64,000 bases of DNA from Oikopleura dioica (lineage: Eukaryota > Animalia > Chordata). Position 1 is the first letter of the stretch, and each line of letters starts with the position of its first letter. The stretch is taken from assembly GCA_907165135.1 (NCBI GenBank), contig OU015567.1:868001-932000 (forward strand), written 5' to 3'. Below the pieces are notes generated by a model. That model had not been told where the DNA came from and searched no databases. It saw nothing but the letters and a program-made list of their open reading frames with translations. The position numbers and the translations under genes are program-made. This document shows positions 12,146 through 23,812 of the stretch, in pieces.

Positions 12146-12628
12146 ATACTATCTTTTATTGACACTATTTATTTTAACAATAAAGGGACACTTAAAATAT
12201 TCTTTTGAAATTTGATCATCGTTGTTCAATGTTTTCAAGAAAATAACAGAAATTTAACAGAAATTTCTGTCCAAAGCCGCCCTTGGTAAGACCTTCGGGG
12301 AGGTTGCGGGGGCTTGGTTACGTTAAGGCTGTTTCAATGACTTATTTTTTGTATGAACAAATTAGCCTGAACATTACGGTTTGGTTTACTTCTTGATCAA
12401 AGTTTTTCTCCTTGAAAAATATTTCGTTTTTTAACCTTACGACCACAAATACCAACGATGCTACAAGCTCAACAAGGGCTAAGCATGATTAATACGATGA
12501 ATTTGATGATGGGTCAAATTCAACAGAATCAGCAAAATTAGCTGTTGTAAAAAGGTCAGATCCACTTTATTTCTTCAGATAGACATTTTTGGAAATTAAT
12601 AAAAATTTCACTCATTTTTCAAGGGAAA

Positions 12629-13975
12629 TTAAGCATCGATGAGCATTTTTCCATTTGGCTGAGATCTTCCAAGGGCGATGAAGCAAAGAGAAAGGACTGA
12701 TTCAGCGCCATCTCTGGCAGTTTTAGGCTAAATTTTATGTTTTCCTTGAAATACTCCTTTCTCACCTTTTTGCCAGGAACTCCAGCAGTCATATTAGTAT
12801 CGCAGAATCCAGGGCAAGCGGAATTTATCAGAATATTTTTTCTCTCAGAAACCGACTTTTTGCCGTAGAGCCGGGGTTTGCGAAAATGGAAGAGCGCGGA
12901 AAGAATATGCACTCGGACGCCCCGTGTTTTTCCCGCCGCAGAAGAGGGTGCTCTAAACTTTTGGGGCGCAAAAAGAAGAGGGTTGGCGCGGCGTGAGCGA
13001 AGTATTCGAGCTCTCGCACGCCAAGCCCTCTTTCAATTCATCCCCGGCGATTGAGCAAATAAAAGGACTTTTTGACACGGATTAGAGCTGAAATCAAGGC
13101 AGGGTACGAAGGATAAAAAGGCCCGAAGAAAGTTTTCTTCCCCCTTTTTTACGAATTTGCCGCATTTTTTCCCCGCGGAGAAGAAAGCGGGCGCCCGAGC
13201 GCAAATTCTTTCCGCGCTCTTCCCCTTTTACGAACCCCTGCCGTAGAGCCGAACGAGATTGTTAACGAGTAGCTTCGACATGTCGTAACCTTAAAATATA
13301 ACTGTATTTTCAACAAGTATTTCTTTAAAAACCGATCATCGACGTTTGTTCTGGACTTGGCCAACCATCAGTTTGAGCCTGAGATGGGTTTTTCTGATCT
13401 TCGATGAATCTTCTGGCAATAGTATCTAACTCGTCGAAAGTTGTTTTCGCGAGTGAACTTCTAAAGAAAAATAAATGGATAAGGTGATCAAAAACTTACG
13501 AAGATAGCTTTTGCCCATAATCAAAGACGTAATTTTCCTCAAAGATGTTCGGATTCGGGTTCAAATTGAGCATTCCTCGCAGTCCGAAAAAGCTGGAAAG
13601 GCAGACAATTCGAGCTCCCTCGCGAGCAAGAGGAAACAGTGATTTTAGAGCAGAAGAAATTCCAAAATAATTGACATCGATGGTCAATTTGATACTCTCA
13701 AATGATTTGTCGTTTATTTCTGGCGCAACACCTGCGTTCAAAACCAAAATATCAAAAGAAGACGGTCCCATCTTCTCTGCAAAATTCAGCACACTTTCTT
13801 CGTTGCTTATGTCTAGCTTTTCGACTTGCAATTTACCGCAATTCTCTATTTCCGGGAATCCTTCCGGGTTTCTCGCTGTCGCCACAATTTTTTTAACATC
13901 TTTCTCTCCAATTAAAAGTTTGACGCATTCAAGTCCGATTCCACGATTTCCGCCGACGACGATTGCAGTTTTCAT
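12629..13975 (-). CDS. CBR1: Carbonyl reductase-like short-chain dehydrogenase/reductase (CBR1/SDR21C-like), copy 1
   Basis: VVGGNRGIG cofactor motif, ILVLNAG, VNYFG, RIVCLSS, catalytic YDMSK, INSACPGFCDTNMT and C-terminal TARDGAESV. Includes the CBR-type helical insertion. Confidence 0.82.
12873..13238. mobile_element. GC-rich MITE with 12-bp TSD inside an SDR coding exon (copies at 35315-35575 and 53502-53868)
   Basis: TIRs GGGGTT..AAAA.GGAAGAGCGCGGAAAGAAT at both ends; TSD TGCCGTAGAGCC at 12861-12872 and 13239-13250. Confidence 0.85.
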
Positions 13976-15083
13976 TTCTTTGTATTTTTTACTTTTGGCT
14001 ATTGAAAAAGCTCAAAAATCGATAAAATCGACGTTTGCCGTGCATCGAAGCTGGTTTACGTAATCATCAACATATAATAATCGTTAAAAAGTTGATTTCA
14101 TCAAGAACAAATTTACTCGACGAGAGTTGAACAGTCGGGAAAATAGTTGATATAAGTTGTGGCTTGGAGTTTTTTGAAAAGCAGAATCGTTAAAAGCTCA
14201 AAACGCATCTTTTTGGAACTTGACTTTGAGAAGTGAGAATAAAGAGCTGGTTTAAAATTGCGTTAACATCGTTTCATGCATCAAATTTAATTGCAAATGT
14301 CAAGGACATATTTGAAAGTTTCGAGAGAGTTTTGACTGAAAATAACGAAATCGGTCGAAATGCACTTACAAGTTGGGGTTAACATTTCGTCCCTCAGTTT
14401 CCGATAAATTTCCAGAACTGCCATTTCGGTTTGAAGATCAAAAAAAAAATTATCCGAATGCGAGCTTGAAATTTCTTAGATACTTCTCAACCAATTATCG
14501 CCAAGCATCCAGAGAAAATAGTTTTTAAGGTGTTGAATTGAGTGTTGACTTCTGAGACGGAAGAACCTGTTTCTTCTATCTGTTTGATATTTTGTCCTGT
14601 AAAAAGTTTAAAAAGGTGACTCTCATTTAATAAAATTGATTTTAAAGCAAAACTCATAAGAAATGTAATAGAATTGATTTAAGTCGGCTAAGTTGAACTT
14701 TCTTCTATCCCAAGCTTTTTATGGCCAGTACAATCATTAAAAAGCCGGCTGCTTAATTTTTCGTAATTGACTTCGCCGAACGTACAAAAAATAAACTTTT
14801 TATCTGTAAGAGATACAAAATTTAAACTTATGTAAAAATGATTTGTGATAATTAATAAATGTTAAAATGAGCTTTATGCAAATTTTTGATGAAAAGTCAA
14901 ATTTGTGTACGTAACGCCGACAAATGCTCGTTATACCGCCTCATTTTTCCAGATGTCAATATGTCTAATATTAAGATAAGCTACACATCGGGAAATATTA
15001 GTTTGACACATTTTCATAATGAGAATAAACGAAAATGAGAAGAATAGGATCTCTGTTATTTTCGTCGATAGAAGCAAAGCGAA

Positions 15084-17080
15084 ATGAACACTACGGTATA
15101 CTCTGATTTTTTGTCGCTTGGAAAGAACATCGAAGAGTTTGACCTGCGACACAATTTCGAGAATGTTGATAAATTTAGACCGCCATATAAGGTAACAGAA
15201 AAGATACTCACAAATCAGAAAAAAAAATTAACTCTTCCTAGTGAAAATCGTAGGCCAGACTTTGTCTAATAATGAATTCAGCTTTCTGTCGGAATTGTTG
15301 TTTTTGGAGTTATTTCAAATCTCAGGAACTGGTCCGATTTTTAGACAGAAATTTTTAATGATGGATTTTCGAGATCGCCCAAAAGTATTTTATACTTCAT
15401 CTTCAAGGACAGTGGAGTCGTCAAAACAGCCCTTGCTCCGTATTATCTCAACAAGAGCAATCGCTCTCGAATGATCGATTTCAACTTCTTCTGGCTCTGC
15501 TCCTTCAGCCTCATGGATTTGCTAGCGCAATCGCTGCTCCTTGGCCAGACTTTTCGGGGCGATTCGTTTTCGGGGCGACTTGAAACTTGCCAGATTGCTT
15601 TGAGCCTCGCTCATTTTTCAAGAATAATGATCTCGATTCAAATATTTTTGATTGCTTGCTACAGACTCAATATTATGACGCAAGGACTGACGACGCGTAA
15701 ACGAATGACGAAAAAGCTTATTGATCAAATTTTCTGCTTTCAGATCTTGGGTGGGCAAGTTTTACCCCTTCTCCAATTGATTCTAGCCCCCATCGGCAAT
15801 GGGGCATTGCCTATCAACTTCGAAGATTTTTGTCCGCCTTAGGCTAGGGTTATCCTAACCCTAACCCTCACCCTAATCCTAGGGTAGCTCTAGAGTGACT
15901 TTTGCCCACCCTAAGTTAGGTGACCCTAGCCATGAATGGACTTTTGCCCACCCCAGGAGAGGGTAATCCTAGCCCTGAAATGACTCTAGCCCACCATAAG
16001 CTAGGACGACCCTAGTCCTAAAGTAACTTTTGCCCACCCTTGTTTTAGACTTATATCGCCATGATCATTGCAGGATACGAAGCCTATGAAGCTGGAAAAT
16101 TCGGATCCAGAGGCTTTTTGACGAAATTGGTACATTCAGGGCAAAATCAAAAGCTCTCCTCGAAATCTTCCTCCGTTATTCGGAATATTATTCCGACACT
16201 CCTCGAAACCTCTCCAATGATGCGCTTTTTGACTCCTACTGCTGGCCAAATTCGAAGAAAGATCCTTTGGTTTTCCGAGACTCTGAATATCGATTCGCTT
16301 TCTATACGATTATTCTTCCAATAAGTGGGCTGATGCTTTGCTACTCGAAAATTGTTTTCATGGTCCGAAAGAGCTACAAACTAATCGGTAACTTTCTTTT
16401 CATTCTTTTTTTTGCAAAAATGATTTGAGATAATGCAACTCGATTGACGAGACAAAACAAGCAACGACTCGACGTTGTGCTAACAAAAAAGCTTGTGCTC
16501 GTTTTTCTGACTTATTCTTTTCTTTCCAGTTTTTCTTACCATCGGTGCTTTTCGACTGTTTCGAGTGGTCAGTGCCTCAAAAAGACAATCCAGCCAAAGC
16601 GATCAAAGACATCGTGCAGCTAAGCTTCTCAGTCCACTCCCCGTCAATTCATTCATGCTTATGATCTACTGATTACATTCGAGCACAACAAGCATATCAA
16701 CTCATGCTTTTAAGCTTTTGCTAAAAACAGTAATAATATATAAGACGGGTCTTGGACCAAGACTCTTGGTTCTTGAAATCGCTTTGCAGCTGCACCGCCC
16801 CGGGAGCTCGCCTCGATCGAGCCCAAAAATTCGAGCGATCCCCCGGGGCTGCGCGCCCAGATTTGATGTTAGATTGGTCCGGAAGCAGCTGAACAGGTCT
16901 TTCTCGGAAATCACCGACGATCTTTTTTTCTGGACCATATTCCGGAAAACACTTTATATAAAAAATACTCGCCATCACCCAAGAAAATTTCTTGTATTTA
17001 AATTTTTCAAAAGGGACAACGTATTCGAAAGTTATTGGAAGAAAACGAAAAATGGCTGCGATAAGCATAGCTATTTTTAA
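15084..17080 (+). CDS. Rhodopsin-class (7TM) GPCR, copy 1; 1-nt frameshift near 16118, 3' end uncertain
   Basis: N-terminal NTT sequon, TM1 LSVGIVVFGVISNL, TM2 CSFSLMDLL, TM3 CQIAL..IACYR (DRY equivalent), TM5 YTIVLPISGLMLCYSKI, TM6-like FFLPSV. GGCTTTTTGAC here versus GGCTTTTTCGAC in copy 2. Confidence 0.65.
15750..16038. mobile_element. MITE with internal CTTTTGCCCACCCT and TAACCC-like repeats inside the GPCR TM4 region (copies at 37981-38223 and 46219-46461)
   Basis: TIR GGTGGGCAA / TTGCCCACC, 4-bp direct repeat CTTG on both sides, roughly 55-bp internal repeat unit. Confidence 0.65.
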
Positions 17081-17138
17081 TTTTGCTCATAACTTTCGGT
17101 CCCTAAAGAATGCGCGTTTGAACAATTTGGGATGTGTT

Positions 17139-17906
17139 TCAGACCTTTTGAGTTGGTTTCTTGGGGTTTTTAGTCGGCTCTGGGTGCTTTTTTTCCTCTA
17201 TTTTTGCTTCCGTTGTTTGGATTTTTAAGTCACATTGCTAGAAAAGATAATTAAAAACAACGAGAAAAGAAAAAGAACCGGAATCGACATATTCTTCTGA
17301 GGATGATAGACAGTGCAATGCTAAAAAGAAATAAAAATAGCGAAACATTTGGAAGCCTTACCAAATCGCCAACGAATCTGCTCCTTTCTCCAACAGAATG
17401 AACATGCTTGGCGCTTTTGAAATTGTTGCTTTCGACATATTCTCGCTCATTCGCTGAAAATTCCGATTAGATAATGAATTCATCCTTCTAGGGCGCGCCA
17501 ATCCTCGAAAAAATTGGCCAGTGGAGGGTTGTTAAGGGCTTTCTTGGCCAATCAGCGGCCAGTATCTTTTGCGCCAGCGAATCATTGTAGAGAAAGCTCT
17601 AACCCTAACCCTAGCGCTAACTAAAATCCTAACCCTAACCTACCCCTCTCTTCGTCTTTTGCCCACCCTAGTCATCCTCATTCCCCGGAAAATAGATCTT
17701 TACCTCTTGGATTATGCAAGCCATAAGCGTAGCACTGACTATCGCCCCGACATGAGATGCCAAACGGATCTAGTAGTATTAATTTTAATCATGACAAGTG
17801 ATTGATGAAGGCTGACTGTACTTGATTCGAATCGAATGTGCTGATTGTCGATGTTCGCTTTGCCCCACATAAATTGACCAGAAGGCTCGAACTTAAAAAA
17901 AGGCAT
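17139..17906 (-). CDS. Unknown multi-exon gene X immediately downstream of CNT copy 2
   Basis: Series of short introns with good acceptors (TTTTCAG, TTTTTAG, TTCTAG). Last exons read NEREYVESNNFKSAKHVHSVGERSRFVGDL|HCTVYHPQKNMSIP|QCDLKIQTTEAK..QKV*. Phase across the telomere-repeat intron could not be reconciled. Confidence 0.4.
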
Positions 17907-17988
17907 TTTCTATCAGGATATCGTGTCCTCGAATTAATAATTGATCGAAACCGGCTCAATTATGAATTGACACCTAATACAAGCAGAA

Positions 17989-20259
17989 TTAATGAAAGAT
18001 AGAACAAACCAGGATGCAAGCAATACACCCCCGAATCAAGCAGCAAATGGTGCCAGCAATGCATGTTTTTGCCAGAATCTTCGAAAAGACTTTTTTGCGC
18101 TTTGGAGCGAGACCAGCCATGGTTCCCAGCATGATTCCCATGGTCTTTTGAGGGGATGAATGTACATTTTTTGGATGGACAAGGGTCAGTTCAACACATC
18201 CCGGAATATTCGCGAAACCGCAAAGTGCGTAAGTCATTATCGTCTCGGACAGCTCAGACAACCACATTTGATTGCCATCACAGTCGCACTTATTGGAGAA
18301 AAAGGTCAGCTCAGAACTCAATAAACAAAAGTTGATGATTACCTTATCTCGTCCAGACTCCCTGTAGCCCTTGGCCGTAGCCAGGGATTGAAAAGCCATA
18401 AATTCTGTGAAGAAAATTTTCTCCCCAAGCAATCGCGCGCAGAATTCAGCTTCAAAGCTTGGCACTCCTAATAAGAAAATCTTCGTCAAATCATCATGCC
18501 GCAATCCTACCCATGAGAAGAACAAAAGGGCGAAAAACAACTCCAAATATCTTTTCGAGCGTGATGCTTTCAATTTCAAACAAGCCACTTAGGAACACCA
18601 CAATGTCGTTAAGACACTCGATCGCAGCCACGAAAACAATCAGCATAGCTAAAACTCTCATTAATTATCAAAAAAAAAAGATATATTTTATTACCAGTTA
18701 TATTCGCGCAAACGGGAAAGGCATCCAATGCTCCTTGTACTGCGGCGCCAAGGAGATTTTGACCACCTTTGGTTTTCTCGTCCTCGGTCTTTTTCGTCGT
18801 CTTTAGAATTGGGCTTTGATAAAAAAATCCTAACTAAAAACTTACGAGTCTCGACGGCGTTACTTCTGGAAACATCAATTTGCCGACCATCAGTGATCCA
18901 GGAGCGGACATAAACGAGCTTGTTATCAATGCTCGAGCATCGATTCCGAGCTTCAAATACGCGCCAAGAACGGAACCAGCGATGGAAGAAAAGCCAGAGG
19001 TCATTACACAGAAGATTTCAGAGTAAGTCATGTGGTCTTTTTTCGGGTCGAAAAGAGTCGAAAATACACAATTCAAATTTTGCCAAACCCTTAATCTATG
19101 TAGGGCCTAATCAAAAGCGGCGACTCGGCGATGCCAACAAAGATGTTTCCAACGCAGGCGACAGCTTCTGATTGGGAGCAATTACAAGTTGCTGTCAACG
19201 CTACCGACAAAAGCTGAATGACGAAATCCATGATGCCGATGTGATAAAGCATTGAAATCAAGGAAGAAAAGAAGATGATGACGGGACAGACGCCAAAGAC
19301 GAAATTTGTCAGGTCTCCTTTGTATCCTTTTAAACGATTTTGAAGGTTGTTTTTGGCGAAAAAATGCTCGATTGAGGTGTCAAAACCAACGATCCTGAGA
19401 ACAAAAAGATTCCTCCTGCATCCGCGAATCGGAGAAGGGCCTTGATTGGCTTGCTGAAGAAAAAATTTTATGAGAAATATTGAAAATGAAAAACCAACCT
19501 GAAATTCTCGATGAAAACGAATCCAACTTCAGTTTTTATCACAAAAGCAGCGATGAAAAACTGCAGCAAAAAGCCCACCAAAATCGGTCGCCAAACGATT
19601 TTGATGATGGAAATGCACATTAGCATGGAAATAATCATATAAATCACCACTCCGAAGGAAGCGACAATGACATTGAATCTGTAGTCGCTTTTGTAAAGGC
19701 TTTCCGCGTAAATTGCGAGCATCAGAAAAAGACCACCAAAAGCCGAGATTTTCCTGACTTGCTTTTTGTCAATTCCATTGAGGGCAGTTTCGACCTTTTC
19801 TTTGTAAAGATCGTATGATTTGATAGCGAGAACGATCAAGTACAAGACGAGGAGAAAACTTGAAAAGAGAGATAAAAAAATTGAAGCTCGATTGAAATTT
19901 TCTAGAGCTTTTTCAACCCCTTTTCCTGGCTCGCTCGAAATCCGAGTAGTAAGCAAGTCCAATATACGCGCCGACCAGAATCATGATCGCTTTTGATGAA
20001 TGTTTGTTCATCTCCATTATCTTCCCGATGAAATCCCTGATGACCTCTCTTGCTGCTAGAATTTTTGCAAAAACAGGATGAATACTCCTTTCTTGCTCTT
20101 CCTCCTCATCCCGAACTTGCGAATCAGTCTCCTCTTGAGTTAGCTCGAGTCGGCCAGTAATCGTGGCTTTTTCGCAATTAAATTCAGAGTTCTAGTGCTG
20201 ACCTTACTTGTCTTTGTCCCCATGTTTTCAGGTTCATCTTCTTGGATCTCTTCGCTCAT
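17989..20259 (-). CDS. SLC28: SLC28/CNT nucleoside transporter, copy 2
   Basis: Colinear with 421-2678, same motifs; in the exon checked, substitutions are synonymous. Confidence 0.9.
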
Positions 20260-20718
20260 TATTTTATAATTCACAATTTTCTTGCTAGTGAAATCGTCGA
20301 ATTCACTTGATTTTATCGATTTTAAAGCGTTGAAATGATTTACCCTTCTGTGTCATTTTGGAATCATAAACGAACATGCCCGAGGAAAATTTTGATTGGG
20401 ATAGCGATTGGGAAGCGGCAAGTCAAAGTGACCTTCCCAATCGAGGATTCACCACTGTATTTTGATAATAAAGTCGGAGTCAAAGGTAAGGGAAACCAAG
20501 AAAAAAGATTTTTTGGCTCAAAATGCCGAGATGTTCGTTCATGAAGATTAGTTCTAGAAAAATATGTACCCAATTTTTTTGCGCGATCTGAAATAATAAT
20601 TCTCGGAAGTCATAAGATTACATCAATTGATTTATGTTTTATTGCGATCTCGTTCAATAAAAATCTTACCAACTTCTTTTTTACTCTTATTCCGAACCAA
20701 TTTCGGATAATTTCATCG

Positions 20719-21242
20719 ATGAAGTGCTCGATTATAAGAACAGAGAAAATATGCACTGGCCATCGACTTCATAGGTAGAAATAAGATAGAACAAGAGGTT
20801 AAAATAAAGTTGATATAAGAAAGACTGCAAGTCAGTTAATTGTTCAGTCCGTTTCTGACAGACGAAGAAAACAGAAAAATCTACGGCAAGTGCAATCACT
20901 CTAACGGTCACGGTCATAATTACACCATTCAAGCAGTAATTGAGGTGAGCCACTCTTCCTTAGTTGATTTTCTCTGATTTCTAGGGCGAAATCATAAAAG
21001 ACACGGGAATGGTGATGAACCTCGTCGATCTAAAACGGGCCATGTGGAAAGTGCTGTCTCAGCTCGATCACAAAAATGTGGATAAAGATGTCGAATACTT
21101 CAAAAACTTCCCATCTACCGCTGAAAATATTGCTCGGTGGATTTTCACCGAGCTTTCTCAAGAGCTACCGCCAGGCTCTTATCATCTCAAGAAAATCATA
21201 CTCGACGAAACTGTTAAAAACCGCGTTGAAATCTATGATTAA
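20719..21242 (+). CDS. PTS: 6-pyruvoyl-tetrahydropterin synthase, copy 2
   Basis: Colinear with 3137-3639; differs by P>R (IARWIF) and D>V (ETVKN). Confidence 0.9.
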
Positions 21243-22719
21243 GACCGGTAGTTTATGAATAAAAAGCCTTTTCTTTGATCGAATTTTAAACAGCATCTTT
21301 ATTCAATAGATGAAATCAGGGCAATGAAGCCTTTTGAAAGCCTTTAAGGGGTGGTGGTCAAGAAATATTGATATTATTTTTATATTCTTCGTTAAAATAA
21401 TCGTTTTTTTATGATCTTCACCTTTATCTTATAAATTCAACTTTGTACTGAAAAATTTTCAATCAAAAATTCGAAATTTGAGATTTTTTCGAAATTCTTA
21501 GTCTATGACTTCGCATTTTTGACAATGGAAAAGATATTTTTATTGCATATAAAAGCTTCTTAAGATCTTCTGAATAATAATTTATATTAAAACAAAAAAC
21601 AACGATTTTCTGCGATTTTCGTAAAGATTTGCGTGAAAATTGAATTAAAATGTCGATTTTTCAGGAAGAAACATGTTTTCATTCAATTACTATTTTTTTC
21701 TAACGATGCGAACTTTATTAAACATAGCCGCCCACACGCTTAAGGGTTTAAACTTTCCTCTTATCTAGTTTTATTTAGAAAAAAAAAATGATAAGGGAAT
21801 AGGCTATCCCGGATAGCGTTTTTAAGGTCAAGAGATCGGTCCACTTTGCTGCAATTTTTCACCGTTTTTCCGAAAAAATATCATTTTTAAACAGAGCTGC
21901 CCACATAGAATGGACCCTTTTTAACTTATTTACATTGAGAGAATAAAAGTTTTTTTCGAAAAAAAAATTGAGTTTTTTAGGTTGAAAAAAGTCTTAGTCT
22001 CGACCAACCCCCCTTTAACTACAATTGGGCCGTGAAAATAAATGTGGTAATATGATTCGAAGTTTTTAAGCTGGTAATCGCGTGTTTTTTTAACTGCATA
22101 AAATTATAAAATCTTGAAAGATCTAAGAAGAGTCTCTGATCAACAAAAGTTTTGAAAAATTCTGTCGATATTTAGTTTAACCAAATACGATTTGCATGAT
22201 TTTAATATTAAACTAAGCCTATTTAACCCCTGCCCACATATCGACCTAGCCGTAGATAAATTCTAAAAACCTGAAAATGACAACAAAGGCAAGACAGGGC
22301 AACAGGCCCATCGAAAAAAAACAGTTTCAAGTCTCAATTATCTGAAAATGGCAACAAAGGCAACTAGGGCAACATCCCTTCACAAAAAAAAACAACGCTT
22401 GCTAGAGATTGAGGCGAGAGAAAAGAGAAAAAATGAGGTCTCTGTCAGATTTTGCAGGTCCGCAGCGTGCCTCGAATCGATCATTCTTTCTCCCATCAGA
22501 CAACAGTATATATCTTGAAACAGTGAAATTAGCTGAATAATTAGTCCTCACTTTACTTCGGAAAGCTTATCATTACTCAACTAAGTCGCCAGATTGAATC
22601 TCTTTGAGCTTATTTTTGGGAGGAAAAAACGGGTGTGCGTCGATCCCTACGGTTAAAAATGACCCATTCCTAGGAGGTACACTACTCAGTAGGTAAAATT
22701 GAAGAAAACTCAATGGGTC

Positions 22720-22898
22720 GATATTAGACAAAAATATTTAAAAATTTCACTGACAGTGTAACGAGAAAAAGAAGAAGAAAAGAACTCTCGCTCTTGCTCA
22801 GAATTGTTTCTTAGGTAATGCTTAGGGCGGATGAGAGCCGGATGGTTTCGGACCGGGCGATGCTGGGCGGCGCAGGGCGGCACAATTCAGTACCCCCC
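22720..22898. mobile_element. Partial inverted copy of the GC-rich MITE at 25903-26337
   Basis: GGGCGGCGCAGGGCGGCACAATTCAGTACCCCCC is the reverse complement of the left end of 25903-26337. Confidence 0.6.
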
Positions 22899-23812
22899 GA
22901 ACTTTTTTATTGAATTTTTGGACATAAAATTTTTGGACATTTTTGTTATCTTAAGGGAACTTGGCACACTTTTATACAGCGCTCATATTAAGTTTTGAAA
23001 TTTTTTCCGCGCTAAAATTCTAATTTTCAGGTTTTTATCATGTACAGTTGGTGTCCTTATTTCCGGACAAATTTCGTCCTGATGCCTAAAAATCTGAAAA
23101 ATGTCCTGTTATTTAGTATCCGGCAATTCGGAAACAACTGTATACAGATGTTTTCCCTCTTTTCTTATCAAAATCTTTCTTTGTCTTTAACAAAAATTAA
23201 GTTAAAGGCTGATCACGTATCCCAAGAATATTTTTGGCTTCGGAAAACGAAGTAAAAAGAGAATGATCTAGTTTTCTCTCAAAAAAAATTTTAAGCGATT
23301 TTGATGAGATATTTTTCTCAAGAGCATGTATCAAATTTTTGGACATTTTTAAGAAATCGTGGGACAAAACATGCCAAAAAATTTCATAATTATTTGTTAT
23401 TTAGTTTGTCAATGGAAGCTGTTGATAAATGACGAGTTACAGCTAGTGCTTAACCTCTTCGTTTTTATTTGATACTGTTTGAGACCAGAAATTAGTAGTT
23501 AAAAAAATAACATCCAAACAAAGGTTTTAGAAATATCAAAATCATGACATTTACGTAATAAACATACATGATGCAAAACTAGACCTTGGCCGGCGAAGAT
23601 TTGGAACCTCCCATCATTACTCCGCCCAACGACACGTGCGATAGTTAAATCGTCCAATTAACAGTCCAATAAATAAAATCAAAGTTCAAGATCAGGTGTC
23701 AGGTGGATACTCATTTTCTCACACGACTCATCGACTTTGACACTGGAATTTGAACTTTTTTTTTCCTAACTAAGTATTGTTTATTTTGCATCATTAAGAA
23801 TTAAATCGTTTT

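Noticed and set aside
14931-15152. 73-aa minus-strand ORF conserved in three copies
   Set aside because: Conservation is explained by recent duplication; overlaps the GPCR start antisense; no recognisable motif.
16702-17068. Minus-strand ORFs downstream of the GPCR
   Set aside because: The 115-aa frame takes a stop in the 26.6 kb copy; synonymous changes fit the mirrored plus-strand frame equally well, so no separate gene can be supported.
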